64,000 nucleotides of DNA from Octopus sinensis (lineage: Eukaryota): the NCBI RefSeq assembly GCF_006345805.1, contig NW_021832604.1:1-64000 (forward strand). Direction: 5' to 3'. Shown here piece after piece: positions 52,691 through 64,000 of this stretch (within the stretch, counting starts at the first letter, position 1; each line of letters starts with the position of its first letter). Both the position numbers and the translations under genes were made by a program. The notes beneath the pieces were generated by a model. It did not search any database. It saw only the letters and a program-made list of their open reading frames with translations, and was not told the origin of the DNA.

Positions 52691-53949
52691 TTAGTCATTA
52701 ATCGTACTAGTTGCTAAACGTAATATATCGTTAAGAAGTGAATCGGTCATTCTCGTTCTCAGACAATTTTTTACATTATTCATTTTGGAGAATAACTGTT
52801 CACATAAAAATGTGCTTCCAAATATACAAGACATTTTCTTAGCATTGTCGGTTAATTGTGGATATTTTTTGACACATACAAAATTTTTGTAGAAGCTCCA
52901 AATATCTAATTCAGAAAAATATTTTGAGTATCGCATTGAATTTCAAGTAATTCCATTTGATATCAACCTGGTACTGTCTCAATTTCAACACCTACAAAAT
53001 TATATATAAGCATTTTACTCTTAAATCCATAAAACGTGATGAAAATTCTGATATCAATTCCATAACTATGTTTGCATATTCCGGAACATCAGTCGGATTC
53101 GTAGAAAGAAAATTCACAAAATGCGTCATATTTCTTTTTTGTAGCTGTGATTCTCACAACTTCAATTTATTTTCAAAAGCAGTGATTTCGGCATACATTT
53201 GGTTATAAATTCATTACTTCCCTGCAGTTTCAAATTTAAGTCATTTAGATGTGATGTTATGTCTACCAAAAATGCCAATTTGGAAATATTAATGCTATTT
53301 CGGAAATGTGAAGCATCATAATTCTTTTCCTCAAAAAAATTTTGATAAATTCTTCAAAAGTTTGGAATGTTTTAGTTATCTCTCGAACAAATACGACAAG
53401 TTAAGAAGTATCTCTTCTTTCAGTACTAGTATCCAATGCGAAAGAAAAGTATTTTTTTATAGAGAGATCTAAATCGAATGACATTTCTTCTAATCTTCTT
53501 TTCACCGTTCTTGGAGATAAACAGATAGATTCAAAAATGTTTTTTTGTAGGGAATAGATTTTCAGCTACTGCCATTAAGCATTCTTTTATAAATTCTCCA
53601 TCTGAAATGGTTTCATTCATTTCGCAATTATCTTTAAAATTTTGTAATTTGTACGTGTGATATCATCCTTTTACATTTCAAATTATTAAAAAATGTTGTT
53701 TGCTTTCTGTAATTTTGTTCGAGGTTCTTAATTTCCTTTAAGCGAGATTTTCCTGAAAACTTTGAATTTTTCGTAATGACGAGTTTCATAATGTCGCTTG
53801 ATATTATAACGTTTTTTGACAGCAACTTTTTCGAAGCATAGGAAACTCCGTTGTGAAATAATGAAAATAATTTTTTTCAATGAATTCGTTGCGGCCGAGT
53901 TTACTACAGTGAGTGAGAAAAGCAGAGTTCGATTAAATAGCTTGTTCAT
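52691..53949 (-). pseudogene. hAT (SPIN/GTF2IRD2-like) transposase remnant
   Basis: KRYNIKRHYETRH, IFGSTFLCEQLFSKMNNVKNCLRTRMTD...ILRLAT. Confidence 0.85.
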
Positions 53950-54583
53950 ATCAATCGACCTTAAAATAGTTCTTCGGAAGAGACTATAAACCGGGAAGCA
54001 AAGTAATAGATTAGAGTAGATAAATTTGCCCTAGTTGAAACTCTAAAAGGGCCATTTATGCTGGGTTTCGAGAGATTGGCAAAATGCACAGAATCCTTTA
54101 AAATGAATCTTTCGATGATTTTTTAAATAGAAGGGAAGTCGGCCTGCAGGAAAGATTTTTTAAGTGATTTTTTCATTTGGCTCAAATTTTTTTTGAAGAT
54201 AATTTTGAGTTTATACAAATTGATGGATTGTGAAAGAAGGCAATTAATTCTAATGAATTGAAAAATTCACTGTTGATGTACCTTAGTATATGTGATAACT
54301 ATGGTGTCATACGCCAGGAAAGTTGTGAGGCGTCCAGCTATGTGTGTAGTTGGAAATGATTCAAGACAACGAGGATTTTCTTAATAGTATATGTTGATCG
54401 ATTTGTTGTTACCGTCAAGAACTCTATAAATAATATATTTTTGTTGCAAATGTTTTTGTTTGGTAGAGCAAGCATCTTTTGGACAGATTTTATATATTAA
54501 TCGCAAAGCGACGTCTTCGAATTTAGATGTATATCTTAAATCGCCGTATTATTGGATATATATAGAATCAAGAAATGTAAATA

Positions 54584-57420
54584 TTGATGGAACATGTTAT
54601 TCATCGATTTTTTGGAATTATGAACGCAAATCTTGACAAGCTTAGGAAGGAACTCGACTTGGTAACACCACTAAGTAATAATGACAAAACGAGAAAATCA
54701 TTCAGTGAAGGATTGAGAGACATCTTGAGCAAATATGGATACCGGAAGGCCAAAAAAGGAGATTTATTTAGAATTGTCACTTGCATCCAGGATGAGGTAA
54801 AGATTGTTGAAAAAAATTGGCAACCCATGAAGCAAAGAAAAATTCCGGAGGGACAATATGTGTTTTGAACTTAACCGAAGGCAATTTTACAGAAACTTGA
54901 CTGAGAAAAAGAAGAATACACAGTTTATGTTTGACCAGAGTCAGTGTCTCTAATTCTGGGAGAGTGTTTGGGTAAAACATGAGTCCGTGGGGGACTCGAT
55001 TTTATTGGATAACCGGGTGACTGGTGCCGAGGACACAATTGCTGATTTTGAAAAAGACACAATTATTGAGATCATTAACCAGCTGCCAAATTGGAGGGCC
55101 TGTGGATGCGATGGCATATACAACTTTTTTTTTGAAAAAGTTCACTGCGGTCCACGATGACCTCTGTAAGAACGTCGCGGATATCATATATGGAAAGTAC
55201 ACACCTTATGAGTGGTTCTACACAGGAATTACCCATCTTATTTCAAAAAAAGAAATTTGTGACTCACCCAAGGACCTGAGGCCGATTACTTGCATGTCAA
55301 ATCTATAGAAACTTGTAACAAAATGTGTGAACAGAAAATTGACGGACTACATTGAAGCATACAATTTGATCAGCGACAATCAATCGGGGACGAGAAGAAT
55401 GTGCCAAGGAGCCAAAGAGCAGGCACTGCTCAACCAATGTATCCATCAACAAAATGGGAATAATTTGCCTTTTGCCTGGATTGATGTAAAGAAGGCTTTT
55501 GACTTTGTCGATCACGAGTTTCTGTATCAAGTCTTCGATAACTCAGGCCTCCCCCATTGGATTGTGGATTTTATCAAGGCAATTGTCACGAAATGGAAGA
55601 TCAAGCTGAGATTTAATCAAAAAGAGATTGGTGAAGTGAAAATGGAGAGAGGGATCTTGCAGGGTGATTCTTTATCGCCGCAAATCTTTGTTCTTGTCCT
55701 GGACCCCCTGAGTAGAATATTGAATGCGAAATTCCCAAATGTGCTAGTGGAAAAGTCTGGCAATAGTCCTCGGGTATAATCAACGAACCACTTGTTGTTT
55801 ATGGACGACCTAAAATTGTTTGCTCGGAAGGAAGACACTGTAATGAGAATGATGGCCGAACTGCCGGATTGGAGCAAAACGTTGAAAAGTCTGCAACTAA
55901 TCTTGAAGGGTTGAATAGCAAAGGTAAGCTGCTTGACGGGATTGATGGCTATCGCTACCTTGAAGTATTGGAAGACAAAGATAGCAGAGTTTTGAAGAAT
56001 GACACGATGAACTCAATATCGGATGCAATCGAGGAGAGAATTAATAGCCTGGCAAAATCGAAGCTAAATTCTGCAAATTTTTTCAAGGCTGTCAATGAGC
56101 ATGCATTATCGTTGTATAATTACTACATCGGGCTCATTGATATCGAACCATAGGAATTTGAGAATATCGACAAGAATGTGCGCAAGATTTTGATACGCCA
56201 CCAAATACACATGAAACCTGGAAACAAACATAGACTTTATCTTTCAAGAGACCGACTAGGAAGAGGATTGGTTTCTGTGGTGCATAAAAGCGAGCGAATG
56301 CTTCTTGAATTCCTCAAGGACATTGAGATGAAGGCTTCCTATTGTTTGAGGAGAGAAGGAATCCTGAAAGCCGTCAGATTCAAGAAAACTCATATGGCCA
56401 CTATCAAGTGAATGTTCTGAAGTATTTGCAAGGAAAGCACTTACTTGAACAAATACAAAAAAAGCCACTTCACTCGATTTTGTTTAATTGCTATGATGAT
56501 TTGGACGTGGATCTGAAAGAATCGTCCTGGTGGTTATCTCATGGGAACAACTCTCCAAGGTCGGAGCGAATGCTGTGCATGGTTCAGGACCGCAACTTAT
56601 TCTTTGACAACGGTGGTAGTTGTTGCAACCATTGCAACGCCGCCAAAAAGACTGTGGATCATCTTGCCACAAGATGTGGCAGAATGTTGAACAGTGATTA
56701 CCTACGTCGCCACAATGAGGTTGTAAGGTGCATGCACCTGCACATCTGCCGAAAATATGGAATAAAATAGTCTCGGAAGTTAAAGACCCACTCAGTTCAG
56801 TCGACTGTCTCTAATTAGGTGATCGAAATACGTGTGGACACGACCATCAAGACGGATACTGCAATCAGTAATAATAAACCGGACATTTTTGTCTACGACA
56901 AAGTTTGGAATATTATTACGCTCATCGAAATTGGGATTACTTCTCAGCAATCCTTGAAGCATGTAGAAGTAGAGAAATTACATAAATATGACCTTTTGAC
57001 GAACGAATTGAAGGTAATCCATAATGCAAGGGTGAATGTCATACCGTTGGTTATTACGTGGGATGGAATAACATCCAGATTCTATAAACACTACCAGAAC
57101 TCCTTACAAGTCCAGGAATCTACGCGAGCTTATATCCAGTCAATCGTGATCAAGAGAACATTGGAAAGCATGCGCCCGGAGTATAAACTTCTACAGCGGC
57201 GAATCATGCAATTAAATAGGACTCGAAAACAACCAAAAAGTGGCCTGCCTTGTAAAATGGATAAGTGTACCCGTCGAAGACACTTGCTCGGGCTCGAAGA
57301 GGAGGAGAATCGACTGAAAGCAGACGCAATAATTAAAAATCAATTTTATCTGGACTTTTCAAATATATAATATTTATCGATTTAAAATTTTTTTTGTCAA
57401 TGTATAAAACGCAAATAATT
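54584..57420 (+). mobile_element. R4/Dong-like non-LTR retrotransposon (RT, CCHC, RLE), decayed
   Basis: RPITCMSNL, QGAKEQAL, WIDVKKAFD, GILQGDSLSP, LLFMDDLKL, CNHC...DHLATRC, NKPDIFV, LIEIGIT, EKLHKYDLL; several stops and frameshifts. Confidence 0.9.
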
Positions 57421-57840
57421 AGATTAGAAGTTAACAAAGCCATCTATGCGAAGTGGACCCCGCCAACATAATTGACGTTGCCTCTCACGATAGCAACGGA
57501 GATCAACTGGAGAAGCCACCGGGTCTCACGTGTGTCGTGGCTTTTTAATGTGGCTAAGCGTCCAAGCTTCTTTAGGAAGCGATTTCCCACTTATTCCTCC
57601 AGTTGTCTCGACCACAATCGGACAGAACACGAATCGATCTCGCAGCGCTTCATATTTTCTCTCCTTTGCCCTCATCGTTTTTTCGCGGCATACAGTCTGT
57701 CCTCCCGGCAATGTTGGACGGGCAGAGAGTGTCCACACAGGTTGCGTCCCAGGGGTTTCCCCTCTTCAAATGGGAAAATTGTGATCCCATCAGGACGTTT
57801 TCCATCTCCAAGCCCGACCGGTTCAAGTACGGCTGGGTAT
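57420..57840 (-). mobile_element. CRE-like RLE-domain fragment
   Basis: [28 protein letters not shown]. Confidence 0.8.
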
Positions 57841-57924
57841 CCTGCAGATTTTAAATTTAAAGCAAAAAAGGGCGTTTGAATAATAAATATGGATAATCCG
57901 AAATCTAAGTATTATGTTTATGAT

Positions 57925-58975
57925 AGATTGTAGCCTGGCGGATTGCCAAACTGTTTCCCCGGATAATGGCGATCGAGAACCGTTGCATTAGCCAGTCCGC
58001 CTCCCCAGGGTGCGCATTGAGATTTTGGCTCCGAGCTTGCGAAGGAACTTTTCAGTTTTTGGACCGAGAGCACCCTACGTCTCCGCCGCGATCGGCACCA
58101 CGGAAAACTCTTTCGAGAGGGCAGAATATTTTGATAGCTTTAAATCTTCAGCCTTCTTAGCTGCAGATTTAGCCTCCAGAGCACACGAAGTTAAGTGAGA
58201 AGCAGAAAAGGTGTCCCAGCAGGTTGCATCCCATACGAGGCCCTTTCCGCCTTCAAAGGGGAAAAGGGTCATCCCGTCAGGACGTTTCCCGTCGCCGCGG
58301 TCAAGACCCGGTGGTTCGAGGACCGAAGGAAATCCCGCCGAGTCGAGGGCCCTCCGTATGATGTCATTCATAGCAGAGTGCCTCGGGAAACGTCCGGCAC
58401 TCCTCTTGCACGATAACTGCTGCAGACCGAAAGGGTCAACAGTGCAGCCACAGCGGCACGTGTGCGGGACACATTGCCTTAGTCCGAGTCGCAGAGAGAC
58501 TCCGATCCTTACCGGTTCATCGTCAAGGAGAGTGCCAGATGGGGCGTTCGGGAATGCACAAAGCCAAGCTCCGCTAGCCGGGGATGCTGCCGACAGAAGG
58601 CAAGCGCGGCGGTGCTGGTTGGACGACTCGAGCAGCAGATTGAAAGTTTGCTTGCATCTAATTCGATCCCAGGCTCGTTGAGACATCTGATTTTCCGGAA
58701 AGTCAAGACCTTGTTCCCTCCAGACTTCGCTGAAATGAGCCACATTTGTGTCCAAGGAAAATTCAGAAAAGGAGCGTAGAATTTCCATAACAAGTGTGTG
58801 GCTCGCGGAGACGGAAGAAAGGAAAGCAGGTAACGATAGGTCGGAACATGAGCGGATGCCGAGCCCTCCAAAAGACAACGGGAGGGTTGCCTGTCTCCAA
58901 CCCATGTCGTCGAAGGGGGAATTGCATATGTTCTGAGTGCAAGTGCGGATAAGGAGGTCGTAAATCATTCTTGAA
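57925..58975 (-). mobile_element. CRE-clade retrotransposon C-terminal part
   Basis: QATLPLSFGGLGIR, SGAWL, LRLG, CRCG, RFPRHSAMNDIIRRAL, GKRPDG, VWDATC, VVPIAAET. Confidence 0.9.
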
Positions 58976-58994
58976 GTGGAATGTTGATATCTAT

Positions 58995-59280
58995 AAATGT
59001 CTCACATCTAACTTCGTGTGTCTCGGAGGCTAAATCTGCTGCTAAGAAGGCTGAAGATTTAAAGCTAACTAAATATTCTGCCCTTTTGGATGAGTTTTTC
59101 GTGATGCCGATAGCGGTGGAGATGTCGGTTCTCTTGGTGCAAAGACAGAAAAGTTCCTCCGGAAGCTCGGGGCGAAAATCTTCATGCGCACTCACGATCC
59201 TCGGAAGGTTGACTGGCTTTTTCCGGGGAAACAGTTTGGGGATCCGCCAGGCTGCTGGCCCTCCCTTCGATTAATCTTTT
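58995..59280 (+). mobile_element. CRE-like 3' fragment, back-to-back with the previous copy
   Basis: HLTSCVSEAKSAAKKAEDLKLTKYSAL parallels 58100-58200 on the minus strand. Confidence 0.85.
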
Positions 59281-59783
59281 AACACTTTTGCAAAATATCT
59301 ATAAATTTATTCAGATATTGGATTTTAATGATAATTTTTTGTATAATTAATGAATGAATTAATGAATGCAGAATTTTAGAATGCGCATAATTGCATAATT
59401 TAATGATTTACGACAAAAATTCAATTTAATTCAAACGCCCTTTTTTGCTTTAAATTTAAAATCGATGAATAACATGTTCCATCAATATTTACATTTCTTG
59501 ATTCTATATATTTTCGATTCAACCTCAGTCTTAATTTTGGATATAATCTTTATTACCGATCAAAATAAATTTAAAGAATCAAAGAATATAACGCGATTTT
59601 CAGACTCCAATTGTGATTTCGTTCATTATCACAAAACATTACAAATCGGGCTTTCCTGTGATTCTACTGCAGCTAAGACTGGTCTCAAATAAGCTAATGG
59701 TCTAAATGTGTATAAAATTTATTCAATTATTCAATTAAAATAACCGCCTATGACTGCTATAAAACCGTATCAAACGCTAGTAC

Positions 59784-60233
59784 ATGATGCAACAATGCGG
59801 AAAGAAATTATGCGGAGATTTGTATAATGGCGACTCGGGTATATCAAACTTGAAATTTTTTATACCACCATCAAAGGTTATTCGGAAGGAAGGTTCAAAA
59901 TCCGAGCTGCAAAAAAAATGTAATTTTTGCGAAGAACTTATCGAAACAAACCAAGATATGATGGTTCATAAACAAATTTTACACGAAACAAAAAATCCTT
60001 TTTTGTGTTTGAAATGCGGAAAACGCTTCACTACTTTCAGCGCCAGATACAAGCACAAATATGTTCACATTACAGTCAAGCCATTTAAATGCTATTTATG
60101 TCTAGCAACTTTTTCTCAGAGTGGTAATTTGCACAGGCATATCAGACAAATACACTACAATGTTTCTGTGAAGGAATACCACGAAATGATTGAACAAGAC
60201 AAAATTAAAAATATCAGAGATTTGATTTTCTAA
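59784..60233 (+). CDS. C2H2 zinc-finger protein (three fingers); true start uncertain
   Basis: CNFC...HKQILH, CLKCGKRF...HKYVH, VKPFKCYLC..TFSQSGNLHRHIRQIH. Confidence 0.85.
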   Translation: MMQQCGKKLCGDLYNGDSGISNLKFFIPPSKVIRKEGSKSELQKKCNFCEELIETNQDMMVHKQILHETKNPFLCLKCGKRFTTFSARYKHKYVHITVKPFKCYLCLATFSQSGNLHRHIRQIHYNVSVKEYHEMIEQDKIKNIRDLIF

Positions 60234-61306
60234 TATATTTTTTATTAAAACAAAGAATGTTCTAGCAAACACAACAAACGGATTTTAGAAATTTGATACA
60301 CAAACGAAATCGAGTTCGAATAAGTGTGTGGAAAATATAATTGTGAAAATTAATTCACACTTAAAAATAATATCAACTTTTTATGCTATTGGGACAAATT
60401 TGCCTGTCACACTTCACATGTTTCCTCCTCACTAAAGTGTTCTAGGGATTCAGATTGACAAGTCTTCTCCTAAGAAGAACTGTACATGTTTAATAGGTGT
60501 GAATATAGCAAAGATCCACTCAAAGTTAGGAACTGGCTAACCATGCTAGAAACAAGTAAAATGTAGCAATATATACAGAGGCAACTCAGGTTATATTGCG
60601 AATATTGTTGTACAGATAAAAAGTATCAGAGTACATAAAAACATCCGATGTCATTTGATATTAATAAATCATCCCCAAATGACATGAAAAGGGAGGAAAA
60701 CAAGAAGGGTTAGGGTTACGACCACAAGGATCGAAGGATGTTATTTAGAATTTATTTAGAATTAAAGTATTTAGTAGGCTTACCAGTAAAAATAATTATA
60801 AAATAAATTCAGATATTCCATAGTTATTCTTTAATATTAAATCAAGTAAAATCTCCGCAACCCAGAAAAGAGCTTTCACACTTACCGAAAGGTGGTATAC
60901 AGGTGAAGCTATCAAACCACCAATCCCTTTCGAAACTCTCATTGAGAAGAATACAAAAGGGCATCAATGGTATAAAGGAACGATCCGCCCTCAACGATCT
61001 TGTGTGGGCTCAAGAGAGCAGCACAGAGCGAAGCTGAGAGCAATGATCAAATTCGTCGGGATCACCTAGTTAGTTTTTTTGGTTAACGGTGGTCTTTGGA
61101 ATAAATTTTGATTTGATTTGAAGTCATTCTTAATGAAAAACACGAGACTTTTATTGCCTGTAGTATCTAAGGATTGTCTTCTGTGACGAAAATTTATCTA
61201 TCAAGAAAATTATGCCAGAATTATACTATATAGAAACACAAATAAATAAATGAAAATAAATATTATACAATTGAACTTATACGGCCAATAGAGCCTAAAA
61301 TTTCAT

Positions 61307-63640
61307 TTAGCAGTGACTGTCTTTTCTTTTACTAACTCCCAACATGAGACCAATATTTGGGTCGATTCCATCAATTAAATATCCAATGGTGACGTGCATA
61401 TTAATTATCTTCATTTCTGATAATATTTTGGAAAACAAATAACCTTGATTATCAATTTCATTTAACAAAAATAGAGATAGTTTACTATGTTTTGGTTCGT
61501 TTTTAGTCAATTTTGTAATCAAATATTTTAAAAATGATTCCAAAGTGACGTTTCCATTAACCTATCAAAAATGTATTGCAAGACTGAACGTTTTCCAAAA
61601 TGCTCTTTTTGTCTTTGTACTGTTTCAGCATATAATGCTCCACACTGTGACCAATAATGACTGATAATTGATATTTGCTGTCGACTCGCTCACATGCACT
61701 TATGCATGAAATATTAGATGATTTCTTTTTCTAATTTAACAATACTTAACAGTACCAAGTTTTTGAATTCAGTAAGACTCAAACCAGTACGACGACTAAA
61801 TAATTTATATTTAAAAAATACTCAAAAGTTCCGGGTTTGGGCTGGATCATGATCGAGTTTTCAAAACTAAGTTTAAATTACTTTTTCAAACCTCTGAATT
61901 GAGGAGAGAATATTTAATCTCATCAATTTTACTGAAAATTCATTTCTAAACTCGACATGGTAGTTTTTTGAAACAGTTTGCATCAGTTTAATTTCAATTA
62001 TGACCTGAAAATTTTTCTTACATTTCTCAAAATTTATTTTTCCGTCAATTTTATCTTCAAACGCAGAGTTAATCATCTCCAAGTCTTTGAGAAAAATCCC
62101 AATATAAGGAATCGTGCCATAATTTATTTTCTAAAAGTTACTTAATTGTAAAAATATTAACATTTGAAACCTATAAATATCACAACTAAAGAATACTTTC
62201 AAGTTTTTATGTTTTGATCTTTCCACTCCAATTTTAGCAGTTGCTTCCTATGAATTATGAAAATAATTATTGCCGAGTATATAATTTCCCTCATCTTCGT
62301 GTAGTTATTCTCGAAGGATGTAATTTCAAGAAGATAATAGTACACCAGCATGGTTTCTCTGATGAATTATAAAACGCGTGATACTTGCTAACAAATTTCC
62401 ACGTGTGCGTCAAACGAGAAATTGACGTATTTTGAAGAGATGTAATTATGGCACACAGGGAAGAAAAATTTTTCATTTCTCTTAAATGGTGACATATTTT
62501 TATCCATTTTTCGATGAGTTTGCTTCTTTCCTGGACTTCGAGGGAAATGTTTGATAAAATTGTGCTCTGGACAATATTTCCGATCAGATTATATTGCTGA
62601 GCTAGTTGGTATATCGAAGACTTTTTATTAGTAGAACAAGATTTATCCAAAAAATCATGTGGAAGAATATTCGAGAAAAGGTACTAAAGCATTATTGTAT
62701 TGCTAAACAACAGCATCTCGTATGGTGAGTTGTTCAGCAAAATACTTTTCACTTCCAAATCTGAAAAATTCTATTTCCCATTGATTGCATAGATGACAGT
62801 ATGAAGTTAGGTCGGAGATATTGTCTAATCATATCTCTGTTAAAAAACCAGTTTTTTTAGTGGCCGAAATTTTTTTGAATATTTTCAAAATAGTAAATCT
62901 TGTATTCTCGTTAAGTTTTTTGGATAGTTTATTGATAAACAAATTAAAACAATTTTTTTCCATTTCATAAAAGTCATTCGGGTACATTTTGATCCAAGAG
63001 TGTATAAAAGTTGACATTTTTCTAAGAAATTCTATAAAAACTTAACACTTATCAATTTCCGCAGAAAGGGATGGCATTTCTTGTTGTAGAAACTCAGATC
63101 TTAAAGACATTACAGATATTTTAAAACCTACTGAATAGTGACTCTGCCAATTCTTCGGGGCTTATGAAAGTCCGGAAAGTAGCCAAAAACGTATTCATGT
63201 ACATAGAATCTACATACTCTTTTTCTGGAATAAATAAGGCTGATATGAGGTCGTTTAGATAGGCTTCTTTTATAACTGATTTAGATGACTGCTCCATGCT
63301 TGTCTAAAATAATTATGCGCCATTTTTATGAAAAGTAATTCAAATTTGACGTCAATTTCAGGAAATTGCAGAATCAATTGTGTCACATATTTAAGAAGAT
63401 TAATTAGTTGTCTCGAACTTTTGACTAAAAATAATGTTCACTGACTTGATATTTTAATAAACTTTCTTTTACTTAATCCTTCAGCCATAGAAGGTTAACT
63501 CAAGACTTAAGGGATCTTTGTTTTCAATGAACAGCTTGGAGATCTCTTTTCTCTTTCTATAGATTGAAGGGAACTCTTAAATAAGACTCCTGTTTAAGCA
63601 CTCGATACCGAAACGTCTTTTTAAAAAGACGTTGATAGAA
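61307..63640 (-). CDS. RalGDS/RGL-like Ras-GEF (REM, CDC25, RA-like tail); start uncertain
   Basis: TFIHSWIKMYPNDF, RSKLIEKWIKIC, KNFSSLCAIITSLQ, SISRLTHTW, TIPYIGIFLKDL, KINFEK. Confidence 0.82.
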
Positions 63641-64000
63641 AACTAAATTTTTATACCACTTAAGATGGTCGAAATAATTTTGGAAACCGAGCAAAAATCG
63701 CGAGGTTCAAGAAAAATAAATTTTATATGACATGGTGCAGGATAGAGTTGCAGGAATATTTCTATCTAAAATAATGAGTCAGATTATTTAAAAGAAGTCA
63801 TTTATTCTGACGAAAGTAATATTAGGTATTAAAAGGCAGATACTGTAAAAAAGTTAATTGCTAATGCACTTCTTAAAGTGGCTTGAAATTTAATTTGTAT
63901 TTTTAAAAATATATAGTTTCAATAAAACGAAATAAAAAAATTTACACTTTTCAGAAAACTAGTTAAGGCTGCTTTAAAAATGTTTATTGGAATTTTGTAA

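Larger units (their letters stand above)
50156..52697. repeat. 42-bp perfect direct repeat (50156-50197 and 52656-52697) flanking a 2.45-kb insert
   Basis: tttgttaaaaatgattataaagaagtgaatttattttagtca occurs twice, exactly 2500 bp apart. Confidence 0.95.
57847..59463. repeat. 35-bp perfect inverted repeat pair (57847-57881, 59429-59463)
   Basis: gattttaaatttaaagcaaaaaagggcgtttgaat and its exact reverse complement. Confidence 0.93.

Noticed and set aside
60718-60730. Telomere-like gggttagggtta
   Set aside because: Only two units; expected by chance.

Overview
Eukaryotic, gene-dense window: GC-richer exons, AT-rich spacers, and genes split by very short (about 21-30 nt) spliceosomal introns. 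The gene set (ASK1-like, RalGDS-like, C1GALT1, HAP40, SLC17, RAMAC) points to a highly compacted metazoan, plausibly a parasite such as a myxozoan or dicyemid; the taxon cannot be fixed from sequence alone. By manual splicing I recognise HAP40/F8A, V-ATPase subunit e, WDR82 and tRNA-Val(TAC), all twice through a >=5.6 kb segmental duplication (1-9547 vs 26038-31701), plus copine, C1GALT1, NUDT9, GCLM, GOLT1, an ASK1-like pseudokinase, PPCDC, CSTF3, two SLC17/sialin paralogues, RAMAC, WDHD1, a MAP7-like gene, a C2H2 zinc finger and a RalGDS-like GEF. Mobile DNA is abundant: a Helitron with an empty paralogous site, three Buster-type hAT elements, Jockey/I-like LINE pieces, an R4/Dong-like retroelement, and nine CRE-like fragments. 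Two minisatellite arrays (95 bp and 68 bp) lie inside transposons. There is no CRISPR array or prokaryotic system. The best leads are the degenerate micro-intron splicing, the ASK1-derived pseudokinase, a sialin gene copy inside a hAT element with a fast-evolving loop, operon-like gene packing, and a 35-bp inverted-repeat-bounded CRE palindrome. All gene identities come from my recall of family motifs, not database searches, and gene models were spliced by eye.
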